Shown: positions 41,957-53,017, counted from the stretch's first letter. The stretch: DNA of 61,273 bases from Blastocatellia bacterium (GCA_043736395.1 JAYTCQ010000402.1:1-61273), one strand, 5' to 3'. Made by a program: numbers and translations. The notes: generated by a model not told the origin, from the sequence alone.

Positions 41957-43060
41957 ATGAATGCATCCCAAAATAATAATCAAGGATTTAGTGGAATGGC
42001 CGAACGCCATGCTCGTCGTGGCGCTGCGACAACTACAACTGCACCCACGAATGGTAACCGGGCGAATCCTTCGGCACGCCGTCGCGGACTGCCGGATGAT
42101 TTTGAGCGAGAACAGGAAGAAAAAGAATATCAGGCGCGTTACGAGCGTCAGTTACTAGAGCAACGGCAATTACGTACGACCGAGCGGCGAGAAAAACGTC
42201 AGCGTGAAATCTACACTGGAAAGGTTGAAAAGCGCATTCCCAAAAAAGTACAGATTAGCGATGCGAATGCGCGCTGGATGAAAATTGGTATCCTGATTTT
42301 ATTATCCTTGTTCCTTTTCCTGGCAACTATTTATGCGTACGATAAAGTCACCGGCTCACGATTGTTTGTCTTAAAACAAATTGATTTACAAGGAACAAAA
42401 CGAGCTTCGCGTGCGGAGCTGATGCACTTGCTTGAATCACATCAGGCGCAGAGCTTATGGAAACTGGATTTGCCTTCTATTCGTGTTGCGCTGGAAAAAA
42501 ATTCCTGGGTGCAGGAAGCCGAAGTGTCGCGTGTGCTGCCTGATGCCTTACGTGTGATTGTCCACGAACGCGAACCTCTCGCACCTTGGCGAAGACCTAA
42601 TAGTTCGGTGGTTTGGGTTGATCGTGAAGCACGTAATTTAGGTGAATTAGATTTTAATCAAACCGAGAGTGTCCCTCCTATTGTTAGTGGTTTAGAAGAA
42701 GGCAATACCGAAGAAATTAAAGTTGCTAACCGTAAGCGCATGGAAATTTATCAACAAATGATTCGGGATTTAGATCAAGACGGAGTTAAGCTCTCGGATC
42801 AAATAGATGAAGTAAATCTTAGTGATATTCAGGCAGTACGGTTCCATTTAAGTAAAAGAAACTTAAGTGTGCTGGTAGGAAATGTCGAATTTAAACCCCG
42901 CTTTGAAAAAGCACTTAAAGTCATTGACGCAATTGAACGCAAAGACCTCTCGGCTTTGGGATTACTCAAAGTTTCGGATGCGGAAAAATTAGTCAATGGT
43001 GATCATATCGCGTATCTCAACGTCACGCATCCCGGCGTCATTGTTGGATTCGCACCATAA
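41957..43060 (+). CDS. ftsQ: FtsQ/DivIB with a long charged N-terminus
   Basis: TM, then POTRA domain ([19 protein letters not shown]); position before ftsA. Confidence 0.85.
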   Translation: MNASQNNNQGFSGMAERHARRGAATTTTAPTNGNRANPSARRRGLPDDFEREQEEKEYQARYERQLLEQRQLRTTERREKRQREIYTGKVEKRIPKKVQISDANARWMKIGILILLSLFLFLATIYAYDKVTGSRLFVLKQIDLQGTKRASRAELMHLLESHQAQSLWKLDLPSIRVALEKNSWVQEAEVSRVLPDALRVIVHEREPLAPWRRPNSSVVWVDREARNLGELDFNQTESVPPIVSGLEEGNTEEIKVANRKRMEIYQQMIRDLDQDGVKLSDQIDEVNLSDIQAVRFHLSKRNLSVLVGNVEFKPRFEKALKVIDAIERKDLSALGLLKVSDAEKLVNGDHIAYLNVTHPGVIVGFAP

Positions 43061-43085
43061 ATTAATCCTCACCGAGGTACTCAGT

Positions 43086-44342
43086 ATGGCAAGAAGAATA
43101 TCAGAACATATTGTTGGATTAGATATTGGAACAACTAACGTTCGGGCGGTAATTGCCGAACCCCTAGATGGACGATTGGAAGTCGTGGGCATTGGCGAAG
43201 CGGAATCAAAAGGGCTGCGCAAAGGCGTGATCGTCAATCCGGAAGCTTCAGTGGAATCAATCCGTAAAGCTTTAGAGGGAGCAGAGCGAATGTCCGGCTT
43301 GCATGCCGAAGAAGCTTATGTCGCGCTGGGTGGCTCTCACATCAAAGGTCACAATAGCCAGGGAGTAGTGGCGATTTCTTCTCGTCACCGCGAAATTACT
43401 CGTGATGATATTCAACGGGTGATTGATGGCGCGTGCGCGATTTCAATTCCATCAGGTCGTGAAATTGCTGATGTCCTGCCGCAGGAATATACTGTTGATG
43501 ATCAAGATGGGATTGGTGATCCGTTGGGAATGCTGGGTTCGCGGCTGGCGGTTTCTGTCCGCATAATTACCAGCCCGATTGCAGCAAAACAGAATATTAT
43601 TACAAGTGTCAATCGCTCTGGTTTAGTGGTCTCTGATTTACTATTAGCACCGCTTGCGGCAGGTGAAGCAGTATTAAATGACGAAGATCGAGAATTTGGT
43701 ACAGCTCTGGTTGACATTGGCGGAGAAACGACTAATCTTGCAATTTACCAACGTGGTGCGGTGTGGCATACAGCAGTTTTTCCAATCGGCGGAAATCATT
43801 TTACCAATGACATTGCTTTTGGATTAAGGACTCCCATTCCAGAAGCTGAGCGGATTAAACGAGTATTTGGTTGTACGTATCGTCCGCTTCTCAATCATCA
43901 AAGCGCTGCTGAGATGATTGAAGTACCAAGTGTTGGTGGTCGAGAGCCGCGTTCACTCTCGCGTGATATTTTGTGCGGTATCCTTGAGCCTCGTGCAGAA
44001 GAATTACTTTCACAAGTTCAGGAAGAAATTCGTGCTTCAGGTTTTGAGCGTCAACTTTCAGGTGGAATCGTTCTCACTGGAGGAGGTTCTTTATTAAATG
44101 GCTTAGTTGAAGTAGCTGAGCAAATTTTTGATGCACCTGTGAGAGTGGTTGGCGCTTATGATATTGGAAGTCCAGTTGAAGAAGTTACAAATCCTGGATA
44201 TGCGACTGCCGTAGGTTTGGCATTATATGGCCTGCGTCGCGCAGGGCAGCCAAGCCAACCCCGACTTAATCGCGGAAAAGTTTTAGGCGAAAGTATGGCT
44301 GCTAAAGTCAAAGGGATGTTTGGAAGTTTGTTAAATTTATAA
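43086..44342 (+). CDS. ftsA: Cell division protein FtsA
   Basis: GLDIGTT, DIGG, AERIK, LTGGGS.L.G, C-terminal amphipathic helix; SD GAGG upstream. Confidence 0.97.
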   Translation: MARRISEHIVGLDIGTTNVRAVIAEPLDGRLEVVGIGEAESKGLRKGVIVNPEASVESIRKALEGAERMSGLHAEEAYVALGGSHIKGHNSQGVVAISSRHREITRDDIQRVIDGACAISIPSGREIADVLPQEYTVDDQDGIGDPLGMLGSRLAVSVRIITSPIAAKQNIITSVNRSGLVVSDLLLAPLAAGEAVLNDEDREFGTALVDIGGETTNLAIYQRGAVWHTAVFPIGGNHFTNDIAFGLRTPIPEAERIKRVFGCTYRPLLNHQSAAEMIEVPSVGGREPRSLSRDILCGILEPRAEELLSQVQEEIRASGFERQLSGGIVLTGGGSLLNGLVEVAEQIFDAPVRVVGAYDIGSPVEEVTNPGYATAVGLALYGLRRAGQPSQPRLNRGKVLGESMAAKVKGMFGSLLNL

Positions 44343-44456
44343 TCAAAATACCTATAACTGAAGACTGTTTTTTGCAGGTCAGATGATTTAAAACATGAAT
44401 CGTTAAGAATTTGATTAAAATATTTGCATGAAGGGCTGAGATGGGCTGTGTAGCGT

Positions 44457-44484
44457 TTGGCAAATCTAGATGTTGTGCTAAAAT
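44457..44484 (+). promoter_or_regulatory. Putative internal ftsZ promoter
   Basis: TTGGCA-16 bp-TAAAAT with extended TG, within a 417-bp ftsA-ftsZ spacer. Confidence 0.45.
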
Positions 44485-44759
44485 CTGTATCTGTATACAA
44501 GATGACGCATCAAATGTAGTTTTCTCGCTCATCAATGCGATTGGTCTGTTAAGCAGCCACTCATTCTCACTTTACAGAAATTAAAGTTGATAAGCCCCCA
44601 TCAATTTAGATACTTTTTACTGTTTTAGTGCTTGTATTCGGATATAAAGATACGTGCCGGGTAAATCGCTATGAATTTTGAAATTACCAAGCGAAGAAAA
44701 AGCAAAAAAGAGAATACCGTGAGGCAAGTGATAATTACTCAAAGAGCAGGAGGCGCAGG

Positions 44760-45893
44760 ATGGCTATAGATGATCGTCAAGGATTAAATATCCTGGGATT
44801 TGTAGATGATCCTCCAACGTCAGGAGCAAGAATTAAGGTGGTTGGTGTCGGCGGCGGCGGCGGAAATGCTGTTAACCACATGATCGATGCTCATATTGAA
44901 GGCATTGATTTTTTGGTGGCGAATACAGATGCTCAAGCGCTTCGGCGTTCTCTCGCGCCTGTTAAGCTGCAATTAGGTTCGCGCCTCACCAAAGGACTTG
45001 GTGCGGGTGCTAATCCTGAAGTAGGGCGGGATGCTGCCCTTGAAGATACTGAGAAAATTCTTGAGGCGCTGGAAGGCGCAGACATGGTTTTTGTGACAGT
45101 TGGAATGGGTGGCGGAACCGGTACCGGAGCGGCACCTATTATTGCTTCTCTCGCTGCTGAACTAGGCGCTCTAACGGTGGCTGTTGTAACCAAGCCGTTT
45201 CCGTTTGAAGGTCGTCGTCGAATGCAGCAAGCGGAGCTTGGTTTACAAGAACTAAGATCAGTCGTTGACACACTCATCACTATTCCTAACGAAAGATTAA
45301 AACAAACCGTCGACCGTAATATGACTTTGTCGGATTCTTTCCGAATGGCAGATGACGTTTTGAGGCAAGCAGTCCAGGGCATCTCTGATTTAATTACAGT
45401 GCCAGGTTTTATTAACGTAGATTTTGCTGACGTCAAAGCAATTATGCGTGGCATGGGAATCGCTTTGATGGGAACCGGACATTCGGTTGGTGATAATCGT
45501 GCGCAGGAAGCTACACAACGAGCTATCTCCAGTCCGCTTCTTGAAGAAGCTACCATTGAAGGAGCCAAAGGCGTGCTGGTCAATATTACAGGTGGATCAG
45601 ATTTGACCTTATTTGAGGTTGATGAAGCAATGCATATTATTCACGATGCGGCTGATCCTGATGCTAATATTATTTTTGGTACGGTGACTGATGAACGGCT
45701 CCAGAATGAAATGAAAATTACTGTTATTGCCACTGGATTTGATAAAGCTCAGGCAACTGAAAATCTTCACAGTTTTCCAGTCCGGCAAAATATGGCTGTT
45801 CCATCGCCACGTCAAATGGGGAATTCATCACCTCAGGGTAGTCGCCAGGAAGATTATGACGTTCCAACTTTTCTTCGTAAAAAGGCCGATTAA
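44760..45893 (+). CDS. ftsZ: Cell division GTPase FtsZ
   Basis: [23 protein letters not shown]-terminal DVPTFLRK. Confidence 0.98.
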   Translation: MAIDDRQGLNILGFVDDPPTSGARIKVVGVGGGGGNAVNHMIDAHIEGIDFLVANTDAQALRRSLAPVKLQLGSRLTKGLGAGANPEVGRDAALEDTEKILEALEGADMVFVTVGMGGGTGTGAAPIIASLAAELGALTVAVVTKPFPFEGRRRMQQAELGLQELRSVVDTLITIPNERLKQTVDRNMTLSDSFRMADDVLRQAVQGISDLITVPGFINVDFADVKAIMRGMGIALMGTGHSVGDNRAQEATQRAISSPLLEEATIEGAKGVLVNITGGSDLTLFEVDEAMHIIHDAADPDANIIFGTVTDERLQNEMKITVIATGFDKAQATENLHSFPVRQNMAVPSPRQMGNSSPQGSRQEDYDVPTFLRKKAD

Positions 45894-46287
45894 TTAAAAT
45901 TTGAGGAGTTCCACTCTAAGCCGTTCATTAATGAAATAGTTTTTAGCTACTTGCATCTAATGATTAATATGATATAGCATAGTCTTACCTATTAAATCGT
46001 AGTGAAATAATATTTTGTTTTGGCGGAGGCTTGTTAGCCAAGCGGTAAATCCCGTATCTTTCCCTAACGGATGCTCTCAATGGTAACCTGGAATTAAACA
46101 GAAGCTGGAAAGCTAAGCGGTGTTCTGCCTCACAGATAGCCGTCAATCAATCCAGTACGCCAACTCTAGCCACTATATTTAAAGGTTCGGAATCCAGTTC
46201 CTTAAAAGAGAAATTGAAACTTATTGATTCAGCTATTAAGTAGAATCTATTTTCTGGCCAATCGTAAATATTTGAAGGAGAACTAAA

Positions 46288-46638
46288 TTGAATAGGAAGT
46301 TAATTCGCACTACACTCGCTGAAGTCAAGGAGCGCGAAGCGCAGGTTCATGCTGCGCGAGTTGTTCACCGAGCTGCCCCGCAGCAGCAGGATGCTCAACA
46401 AGCTGCCGCTCAGCGTAAAAAGGTTCCACCCGAGCAAACCAACGCTGAAAATTTTTATTATAAAAAGCAGATGGATTCTCACACACCGATGGTCGTTGTG
46501 CTTCAGGATGGTGAAACTCTGCATGGTTCTATCGAGTGGTATGACAAAAATAGCATTAAGCTTAATCGCACAGAAGGACCTAATTTGCTCGTTCTTAAGC
46601 ATTGCATCAAATACCTTTATAAAGATGGTGATCAATAA
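46288..46638 (+). CDS. Hfq/Sm-like RNA-binding protein with N-terminal extension
   Basis: V.L.DGE.L.G.IEWYD...I.L...LL..KH.I matches Sm1/Sm2; SD AAGGAG before the TTG start. Confidence 0.75.
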   Translation: MNRKLIRTTLAEVKEREAQVHAARVVHRAAPQQQDAQQAAAQRKKVPPEQTNAENFYYKKQMDSHTPMVVVLQDGETLHGSIEWYDKNSIKLNRTEGPNLLVLKHCIKYLYKDGDQ

Positions 46639-46695
46639 CCATCATCTGATAAGGACTTGACACATTGTTTGCAAGTGACATCAGGAAGTGACTAT

Positions 46696-47703
46696 ATGCT
46701 ACGTCCACGTATTGGTGTTACTGTTGGTGACCCAGCCGGGATTGGTCCTGAAGTTGCTCTGAAAGCTGTTTGTAGTCCTGAGATTTTATCCATATGCACA
46801 CCAGTACTTATCGGTGCAATGGATTACCTGAAAAATTGGGCGAAGATACTCTATCTTCAGACCAATTTCCACGTTATTGAAGCGGGATTCCCCCTTCCGC
46901 TCCATTCCGAAATTCCATTAATTTATAATTTGAATAATGTTCCTGTCTCCCTTGCAATGGGTTGTGAGCAGGCGATTGCAGGTAAGGCCGCAGGTGAATA
47001 TATCGAAGCGGCTGTCGAGCTGTGCCTCAAGGGCGAGATTGAAGCAATGACGACTGCGCCAATCAACAAAAGTGCCTTACATCTTGGCGGGTATGAATTT
47101 CCCGGTCATACGGAAATGCTTGCACATCTATCAGGCACAAAAGATTTCGCAATGTCATTTATGGCTCCAAATCTGCGCGTAGCTTTACTGACAACGCATC
47201 TTTCATTGGCTGACGCCATCCAACAGGTTAAGCAGGAACCGCTTCAAAAATTGATTCGACTAGTGGATCGTGAGATGAAACGATTTGGTTTTACTTCTCC
47301 AAGAATTGCATTGGCTGCGCTCAATCCTCACGGTGGTGAAGGGGGAATGTTTGGTGACGAAGAAGCGAGAGAAATGCTTCCGGCAGTTAACCATTGTCGT
47401 AATACTGATAACATTGAAGTGAGCGGACCTTATTCAGGAGATACAATTTTTGTCCGGGCTGCCAAGGGCGAATTCGATATAGTAATTTCCTGTTATCACG
47501 ATCAGGGATTGATACCGATCAAATGTTTTGCTTTTGGCGAAGCTGTGAATGTGACATTGGGGTTGCCGTTCATTCGAACCTCAGTAGATCACGGCACTGC
47601 TTTCGACATTGCTGGTCAGGGAAAAGCCGAACACACCAGTATGATTACGGCAATCAAATTAGCAGTAGAGATGGTGTTAATGTCCAGAAAGGCGAATGCC
47701 TGA
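46696..47703 (+). CDS. pdxA: 4-hydroxythreonine-4-phosphate dehydrogenase
   Basis: GDPAGIGPE, TAPINK, GHTE, NPH.GE, YHDQGLIP, RTSVDHGTA. Confidence 0.95.
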   Translation: MLRPRIGVTVGDPAGIGPEVALKAVCSPEILSICTPVLIGAMDYLKNWAKILYLQTNFHVIEAGFPLPLHSEIPLIYNLNNVPVSLAMGCEQAIAGKAAGEYIEAAVELCLKGEIEAMTTAPINKSALHLGGYEFPGHTEMLAHLSGTKDFAMSFMAPNLRVALLTTHLSLADAIQQVKQEPLQKLIRLVDREMKRFGFTSPRIALAALNPHGGEGGMFGDEEAREMLPAVNHCRNTDNIEVSGPYSGDTIFVRAAKGEFDIVISCYHDQGLIPIKCFAFGEAVNVTLGLPFIRTSVDHGTAFDIAGQGKAEHTSMITAIKLAVEMVLMSRKANA

Positions 47704-47717
47704 AAATCAACGCATTT

Positions 47718-48710
47718 CTATGATTTTTCCCCCGAAATCGAAAGATCAATCGAATCACCCCAATTACTTTTTTTTGCAGTCTTGAAGCGGGAACGATCTT
47801 TTTTGGTAAAAGTAGTTTCGTGAATTCTGTCAGATTTGCAAAGTACTAATTTGACAAACCCGGAAGAAATTTGTGGACGCGTGATGATGCGCGCTGGTGC
47901 GAATTTTACAGGAAATTTAGCAACTGCCACGTATGAATATTTTTCATCTTCGTAGTTCAAAGCACCCGCTTTTAATCTCCGATGTAAAGATGAACGCTCG
48001 ACTCTTTCGGCAAAATGACACCAATCATCTTTGGGCATAGGACAGTCGTTAGCGTGTGGACAAGGTGCAATAATATGTCCGCCTAGCTGAATCAAATCTT
48101 CGCGGAGCGTGCGAATTAAATCAAAACCTTTGACTGATCCGGGTTCAATAATGATGAGAACAGAGTTAGTTTTTTCCCAGGCAGATTTTGTTATTTCACG
48201 AGCAGCCGCGACTGAAATTTCTCCCAAAGTATAAGAGGCGACGATAGCATCAGCGGAGGGAAAGCCGGGAGTAGAATTGAGATCGCTGACGATCCATTGA
48301 GCTTTCAGGAGATTTTGATTAACAGATTTTTTAGCAAGCCGTTGCCCAAGATTAATTAGTTGTTGATCACGCTCAATTAGTTGAATTGATTGTAATTCAT
48401 CGAAAATTTCAACCGCAGCCCAGGCTGATGTGCCAGGGCCGGCGCCCAGGTCAACCAAACTCTGGATTGTTAATTCCGGTAATTGCTTTTTGACTTCGCA
48501 GATGACCGCGCGAACCGCTGCAAAAGTGGCAGGCATTCGCATAGCTATATATGCAATGCGATGCGCTTCAGTGGTAATCAAGTTGGCGTCAGCGCCTTGA
48601 CGAAATCGGTAGTTGTCAGACAATTCTGAAGCAGCTTTGGTGAGGTTCGACATCCCAATAATCGCGGCTTCGTGGTCGATTGCATTTTTCAGTAAAATTG
48701 GAAGTTGCAT
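47718..48710 (-). CDS. Rsm22/METTL17-like methyltransferase
   Basis: AY...RMPAT, DLGAGPGT, EPG...GF, APCPH...CP.....WCHF, EDEKYSY, WGD. Confidence 0.85.
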   Translation of the reverse strand: MQLPILLKNAIDHEAAIIGMSNLTKAASELSDNYRFRQGADANLITTEAHRIAYIAMRMPATFAAVRAVICEVKKQLPELTIQSLVDLGAGPGTSAWAAVEIFDELQSIQLIERDQQLINLGQRLAKKSVNQNLLKAQWIVSDLNSTPGFPSADAIVASYTLGEISVAAAREITKSAWEKTNSVLIIIEPGSVKGFDLIRTLREDLIQLGGHIIAPCPHANDCPMPKDDWCHFAERVERSSLHRRLKAGALNYEDEKYSYVAVAKFPVKFAPARIITRPQISSGFVKLVLCKSDRIHETTFTKKDRSRFKTAKKSNWGDSIDLSISGEKS

Positions 48711-48772
48711 GAAAAAATCTTTCGCACTAGAGATACCTGTAATGCTTTGAAAAAGAATGGAGCAGGAACTGA

Positions 48773-50362
48773 ATGAAAAAGAATAACAGTCGGCGACACT
48801 TTCTGAAATCTACGGCACAAATTAGTGTCTCAGCGTTGATCAGTTCAAAGGTTAGCGCCCAGTCGAAATCTTTTGAGCTGGAAGAAATAACGACTAAAGA
48901 ATTACAGACAGGAATGCAAACCGGCAAGTATTCAGCACGTTCAGTGACTGAAGCGTATTTAAAACAAATTGCCGAAATAGACCGCCGAATTAATTCAATT
49001 ATTGAGCTTAATCCCGAAGCTCTAAGCATTGCCGATCAGTTGGATCAAGAGCGCAAAGACGGTAAAATAAGGGGTGCCTTGCACGGAATTCCAATTCTTA
49101 TCAAGGATAACATTGATACTGCGGACAAAATGCAAACTACTGCCGGATCATTAGCTCTGGCAGGTACGATAGCTCCGCGAGATGCATTTATTGTCGAAAA
49201 ACTGCGTCAGGCTGGCGCAGTAATTTTAGGGAAAACGAATTTAAGTGAATGGGCAAATTTTCGATCCAGCAAATCTACAAGTGGTTGGAGCGGGAGGGGC
49301 GGACTGACCAGAAATCCTTACGCATTAGATCGAAATACGAGTGGATCGAGTGCGGGGTCGGGGGCTGCAACAGCTGCGAATCTTTGCGCTATTTCGATTG
49401 GTACTGAAACAGATGGATCGATCGTCAGCCCTGCCAGTTGTAACTCATTGGTTGGGATCAAGCCGACACTTGGATTGTGGAGCCGTTCGGGCATTATTCC
49501 AATTTCTCACAGTCAGGACACCGCCGGGCCGATGACTCGTACTGTTGCAGATGCTGCAATTTTATTAGGAGCACTCTGTGGGATAGATCCGCGTGATAAG
49601 GCTACCGCGATGAGTCAGGGAAAACTTGTTAATGATTACACGGTCTTTCTGGATAAAAATGGATTGAAGGGAGCGCGAATCGGAGTTGCCAGAAATTATT
49701 TTGGATTTAGTGACCGTGTCGACAAACTGATTAACGAAGCGGTTGAGGTCATTAAACGGTTAGGCGCTACAGTTATTGATATGGAGCTGCCAAACAAAGG
49801 CAAATATGATGAGGCGGAATTGGAAGTTCTGCTGTATGAATTTAAATCTGATTTGAATGAATATCTGGCGACACGCGGCACAAATTCTCCAGTCAAAAAT
49901 ATTCAGGAAGTAATTGCATTTAACGAAAAAAATCGCGAAAAAGAACTTCAGTATTTCAATCAAGACACAATGATAAAAGCGGCGAAAAAAGGTGATTTGA
50001 AGACACCCGCATATCGCCAGGCACTCGCCAAATCAAAGCGAATGACCCGGGCAGATGGAATTGATGCCGCTTTGCTAAAAAATAAACTTGATGCTTTGGT
50101 AGCTCCCACCGACGGTATTCCGTGGCTGACAGATTTTTTCAATGGTGATCACTTTTCGGGTGGATGTTCGACGCCGGCGGCGGTAGCAGGGTACCCGCAC
50201 ATTACAGTGCCAGCAGGTTACAATAACGGGTTGCCACTGGGAGTTTCCTTTTTTGGTAATGCCTGGAGTGAAGGAAAATTAATCAAGTATGCTTATGCGT
50301 ATGAACAGGCGACGAAGCATCGTCAGTCCCCGAAATTTCCGGCAAGCATCGAAGGAAAGTAA
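48773..50362 (+). CDS. Amidase signature-family enzyme with Tat signal
   Basis: SRRHFLK Tat motif; IKDN, GSSAGS, GTETDGSI. Confidence 0.92.
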   Translation: MKKNNSRRHFLKSTAQISVSALISSKVSAQSKSFELEEITTKELQTGMQTGKYSARSVTEAYLKQIAEIDRRINSIIELNPEALSIADQLDQERKDGKIRGALHGIPILIKDNIDTADKMQTTAGSLALAGTIAPRDAFIVEKLRQAGAVILGKTNLSEWANFRSSKSTSGWSGRGGLTRNPYALDRNTSGSSAGSGAATAANLCAISIGTETDGSIVSPASCNSLVGIKPTLGLWSRSGIIPISHSQDTAGPMTRTVADAAILLGALCGIDPRDKATAMSQGKLVNDYTVFLDKNGLKGARIGVARNYFGFSDRVDKLINEAVEVIKRLGATVIDMELPNKGKYDEAELEVLLYEFKSDLNEYLATRGTNSPVKNIQEVIAFNEKNREKELQYFNQDTMIKAAKKGDLKTPAYRQALAKSKRMTRADGIDAALLKNKLDALVAPTDGIPWLTDFFNGDHFSGGCSTPAAVAGYPHITVPAGYNNGLPLGVSFFGNAWSEGKLIKYAYAYEQATKHRQSPKFPASIEGK

Positions 50363-50367
50363 AAAAA

Positions 50368-50410
50368 TAAAATGCGGATGAGTTCAGTTAGAACTACATC
50401 CGCATTTATT
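50368..50410. terminator. Bidirectional terminator hairpin
   Basis: AAATGCGGATG...CATCCGCATTT between convergent genes. Confidence 0.75.
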
Positions 50411-50426
50411 ATGAAAAAGATGTTGG

Positions 50427-50831
50427 TTATGAAGGGAATGAATCGTTGCCAATGGATTGACAGGCACGAATACATCGCTCGCAAATTTGCGAAAATCTGC
50501 TTGCCATCATGTATTCATTCTTGATGCGTTCAGCTCCGCAAAAACTACACGAAATTGTACCGTTCGGATCACCACGAAACCAACGTAAATACCAGGCAGT
50601 CCGACGCCAGGGAGGTTGATAGCCAGCAGTTTTATAATCGCTCATCAGAATGATACAAACGCGAATACAATCATTGCAGACGTAGCGACTTCTTCCTTCA
50701 AAAAGCCGATCAACCTGTCCTTCACCTAAGCCGCAAAATGCACAGCGGACGCTGTGAAGTTCGAGACTTTGATCTGTGGCTTTAATCAATGTGTTATTTG
50801 ATAAGCCAAGTTCCACTGTTCCAGTTGCCAT
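50427..50831 (-). CDS. Protein of two tandem ClpX-type C4 zinc-binding domains, no AAA+ domain
   Basis: CAFCG-x17-CNDC and CSFCG-x17-CERC, both C-x2-C-x18-C-x2-C like the ClpX N-domain; SD AAGGTGG before ATG 50831; 33 bp after clpP. Confidence 0.8.
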   Translation of the reverse strand: MATGTVELGLSNNTLIKATDQSLELHSVRCAFCGLGEGQVDRLFEGRSRYVCNDCIRVCIILMSDYKTAGYQPPWRRTAWYLRWFRGDPNGTISCSFCGAERIKNEYMMASRFSQICERCIRACQSIGNDSFPS

Positions 50832-50864
50832 TCTCAACCACCTTCTTAAAAAGGCATGAGCACC

Positions 50865-51467
50865 TTACTCACGCTTGTTAATCACTGAATCCACCAACCC
50901 ATAATTTGCTGCTTGCTGAGCGCTCATAATGTAATCACGCTCGACATCCATTTCAATGCGTTCCATCGGTTGACCGGTATGCTCGGAAAGAATTTCATTC
51001 AAACGAGTACGCATTCTGAGAATTTCTTCAGCGGCGATCTTAATGTCAGTTGCCTGACCGCCAATGCCTCCCGCTGAAGGTTGATGAATTAAAATTCGAG
51101 AATTCGGCAAAGCATATCGCTTACCCTTGGTTCCCGCTGCTAATAAGACAGCCGCCATTGAAGCGCATTGACCGACACAAAGTGTTGAGATCGGAGCGCG
51201 AACAAATTTCATGGTGTCATATATTGCCATTCCGGCAGTAACCGAACCACCAGGCGAATTAATATACATTTGAATTTCCCGGTCGGGGTCTTCCGATTCC
51301 AGAAAAAGTAATTGAGCCACAATCAAATTGGCCAAAGTGTCATCAATCGGAGTGCCGATAAAGATAATATTTTCTTTGAGTAAGCGTGAATAAATATCAA
51401 ACGCGCGCTCGCCGCGTGGCGTTTGCTCGACCACCATAGGAACTAAATGAGCTTGTGGATTCATCAT
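50865..51467 (-). CDS. clpP: Clp protease proteolytic subunit
   Basis: DIYSRLL, YINSPGG, CASM (Ser), IHQP (His), ERD (Asp). Confidence 0.97.
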   Translation of the reverse strand: MMNPQAHLVPMVVEQTPRGERAFDIYSRLLKENIIFIGTPIDDTLANLIVAQLLFLESEDPDREIQMYINSPGGSVTAGMAIYDTMKFVRAPISTLCVGQCASMAAVLLAAGTKGKRYALPNSRILIHQPSAGGIGGQATDIKIAAEEILRMRTRLNEILSEHTGQPMERIEMDVERDYIMSAQQAANYGLVDSVINKRE

Positions 51468-51557
51468 TTTTGTAAAACCTTTACTGCTGGATAATGCAAG
51501 TCGTGAACTCGCGGACTTGAGGATGATTAATGCAGGAAAGCCCGCACTGATATTAAA

Positions 51558-51594
51558 GAAGGCGGCGCGAGGCTTGAAAACCCGGAGCCGCCTT
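51558..51594 (-). terminator. Hairpin between tig and clpP
   Basis: AAGGCGGC...GCCGCCTT stem. Confidence 0.5.
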
Positions 51595-51619
51595 AGTCTT
51601 TTTCAAGAGTAATGAATAG

Positions 51620-53017
51620 TTAGATTTGTGCTGATTCGCCAGCTGCACTAATTTCATTAGTTTCTGCAACCGGAACGTCTGGCTCATCTTCTTCATCGTA
51701 CTCTTCAGTCGTAATCTCAGCCTGACTCACTAATAAGTCAATCACTTTATTAGAGCGCAGCCTGTTTTCGATACTAGACAGACCATCATTTTTTGTCAAG
51801 CTGGCTTCTACCTCCTCTGCGGAGCGTCCGACTGATTCGGCAATCCGCTCGATTTCATTATCAAGGTCTTCCTGAGAAACGACGATATTTTCAGCCTGCG
51901 AAATAGCACCCAAAATTAAGGCAAGTTTGACGTCAGTTTTGGCACGAACACGTTCTTCTTCCTGACGCTGTTCCCAGTTAATATCTTTGGCTGCGAGTTG
52001 AGCATAAGCACCGCTTTGCATTAAACGTTGCACGAAATCCTGCATTCGTTGATTTGCCTGTTGTTCGACCAGCGGGGCAGGCAGCGGGAAGTCATATTCT
52101 TTAGCCATGTTTGCTAATAAATCATCCCGTAAGTCCATCTCAGCTTCATGATCATGAGACTGCTCAATATTTTTTCGGACTTGGTCACGCATTCCAGTTA
52201 CATCTTTGTAGTCGGCACCAAGTTCTTCAGCTGATTCCTGCGCAAACTCATCATTTAATTCGGGTAATTCCTTGATCTTGACAGAGTTGATTGTAGCGGT
52301 GAAGGCAAGAGTTTTTCCGACTAAACCTTTTGAGGGAAAGTCTTCAGGATATTTAACTGTGAATTCTTTAACGTCACCTTCTTTAACCCGAGTGAGATTA
52401 TCATTGAATTCCGCCTGGACACCGTCAGCATCTAACTCAATAACAAGGTCTTCCGTTTCTAAGTCTTCTTCCTGAGGAGGATCAATATATTTTCCAACGA
52501 GATTGATAGAAACAAAATCACCCGTTTGGGAAACACGGTCTTCGACCGGGACCAATTGAGCGGATTGTGTGCGAATCTCTTGCATCGCTTGCTCAACAAT
52601 TTCATCAGTGACGCGGGCAACACGTTTCGTGACTTTAATTCCTTGATACTTATTCAATTCAAAGTCAGGCAGGACTGTCACCTGTGATTTGAAGCTAAGT
52701 GGCTCACCTTCCTTGATATCAATTTCATCAGGATTAACATTGGGAGAACCAATCACTTTAAGCTTGTGATCTTCGATCGCATGTCCAATGGCGTGGGGTA
52801 AAAGACTATTAATTACCTCACCTTTTATTTCTTTGGCAAAGCGTTGTTTGACAACAGCTCTCGGAACTTTACCGGGACGAAATCCGGGAATTTTCGCATG
52901 ACGCGCATAAGCGTCATAAGCTTTATTATATTCGGATTGAACATCACCAGCAGGGATTTCAATAGTGAGTTCTTTTTGGCAATCAGCAATGTCCGCCACA
53001 ACAACTTGTAAGTTCAA
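51620..53017 (-). CDS. tig: Trigger factor
   Basis: IPGFRPGKVP ribosome-binding motif, FKBP-like middle domain; lies between tRNA-Leu and clpP. Confidence 0.95.
   Translation of the reverse strand: MNLQVVVADIADCQKELTIEIPAGDVQSEYNKAYDAYARHAKIPGFRPGKVPRAVVKQRFAKEIKGEVINSLLPHAIGHAIEDHKLKVIGSPNVNPDEIDIKEGEPLSFKSQVTVLPDFELNKYQGIKVTKRVARVTDEIVEQAMQEIRTQSAQLVPVEDRVSQTGDFVSINLVGKYIDPPQEEDLETEDLVIELDADGVQAEFNDNLTRVKEGDVKEFTVKYPEDFPSKGLVGKTLAFTATINSVKIKELPELNDEFAQESAEELGADYKDVTGMRDQVRKNIEQSHDHEAEMDLRDDLLANMAKEYDFPLPAPLVEQQANQRMQDFVQRLMQSGAYAQLAAKDINWEQRQEEERVRAKTDVKLALILGAISQAENIVVSQEDLDNEIERIAESVGRSAEEVEASLTKNDGLSSIENRLRSNKVIDLLVSQAEITTEEYDEEDEPDVPVAETNEISAAGESAQI

Noticed and set aside
44485-44500. 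CTGT-N8-ACAA resembling an E. coli-type SOS box before ftsZ
   Set aside because: Imperfect single match, and this LexA motif is not expected in this lineage
44933-45583. 216-aa antisense ORF within ftsZ, and similar antisense ORFs in the permease, murC, murF and mraY
   Set aside because: Shadow ORFs of conserved genes with no recognisable motifs
46035-46048. TAGCCAAGCGGTAA resembling a tRNA D-arm
   Set aside because: No T-arm, anticodon arm or acceptor stem found around it
50427-50831. Interpretation as a clpX pseudogene
   Set aside because: Two intact diverged zinc-finger copies, a proper stop, a terminator, and no AAA+ remnants in the 64-bp spacer
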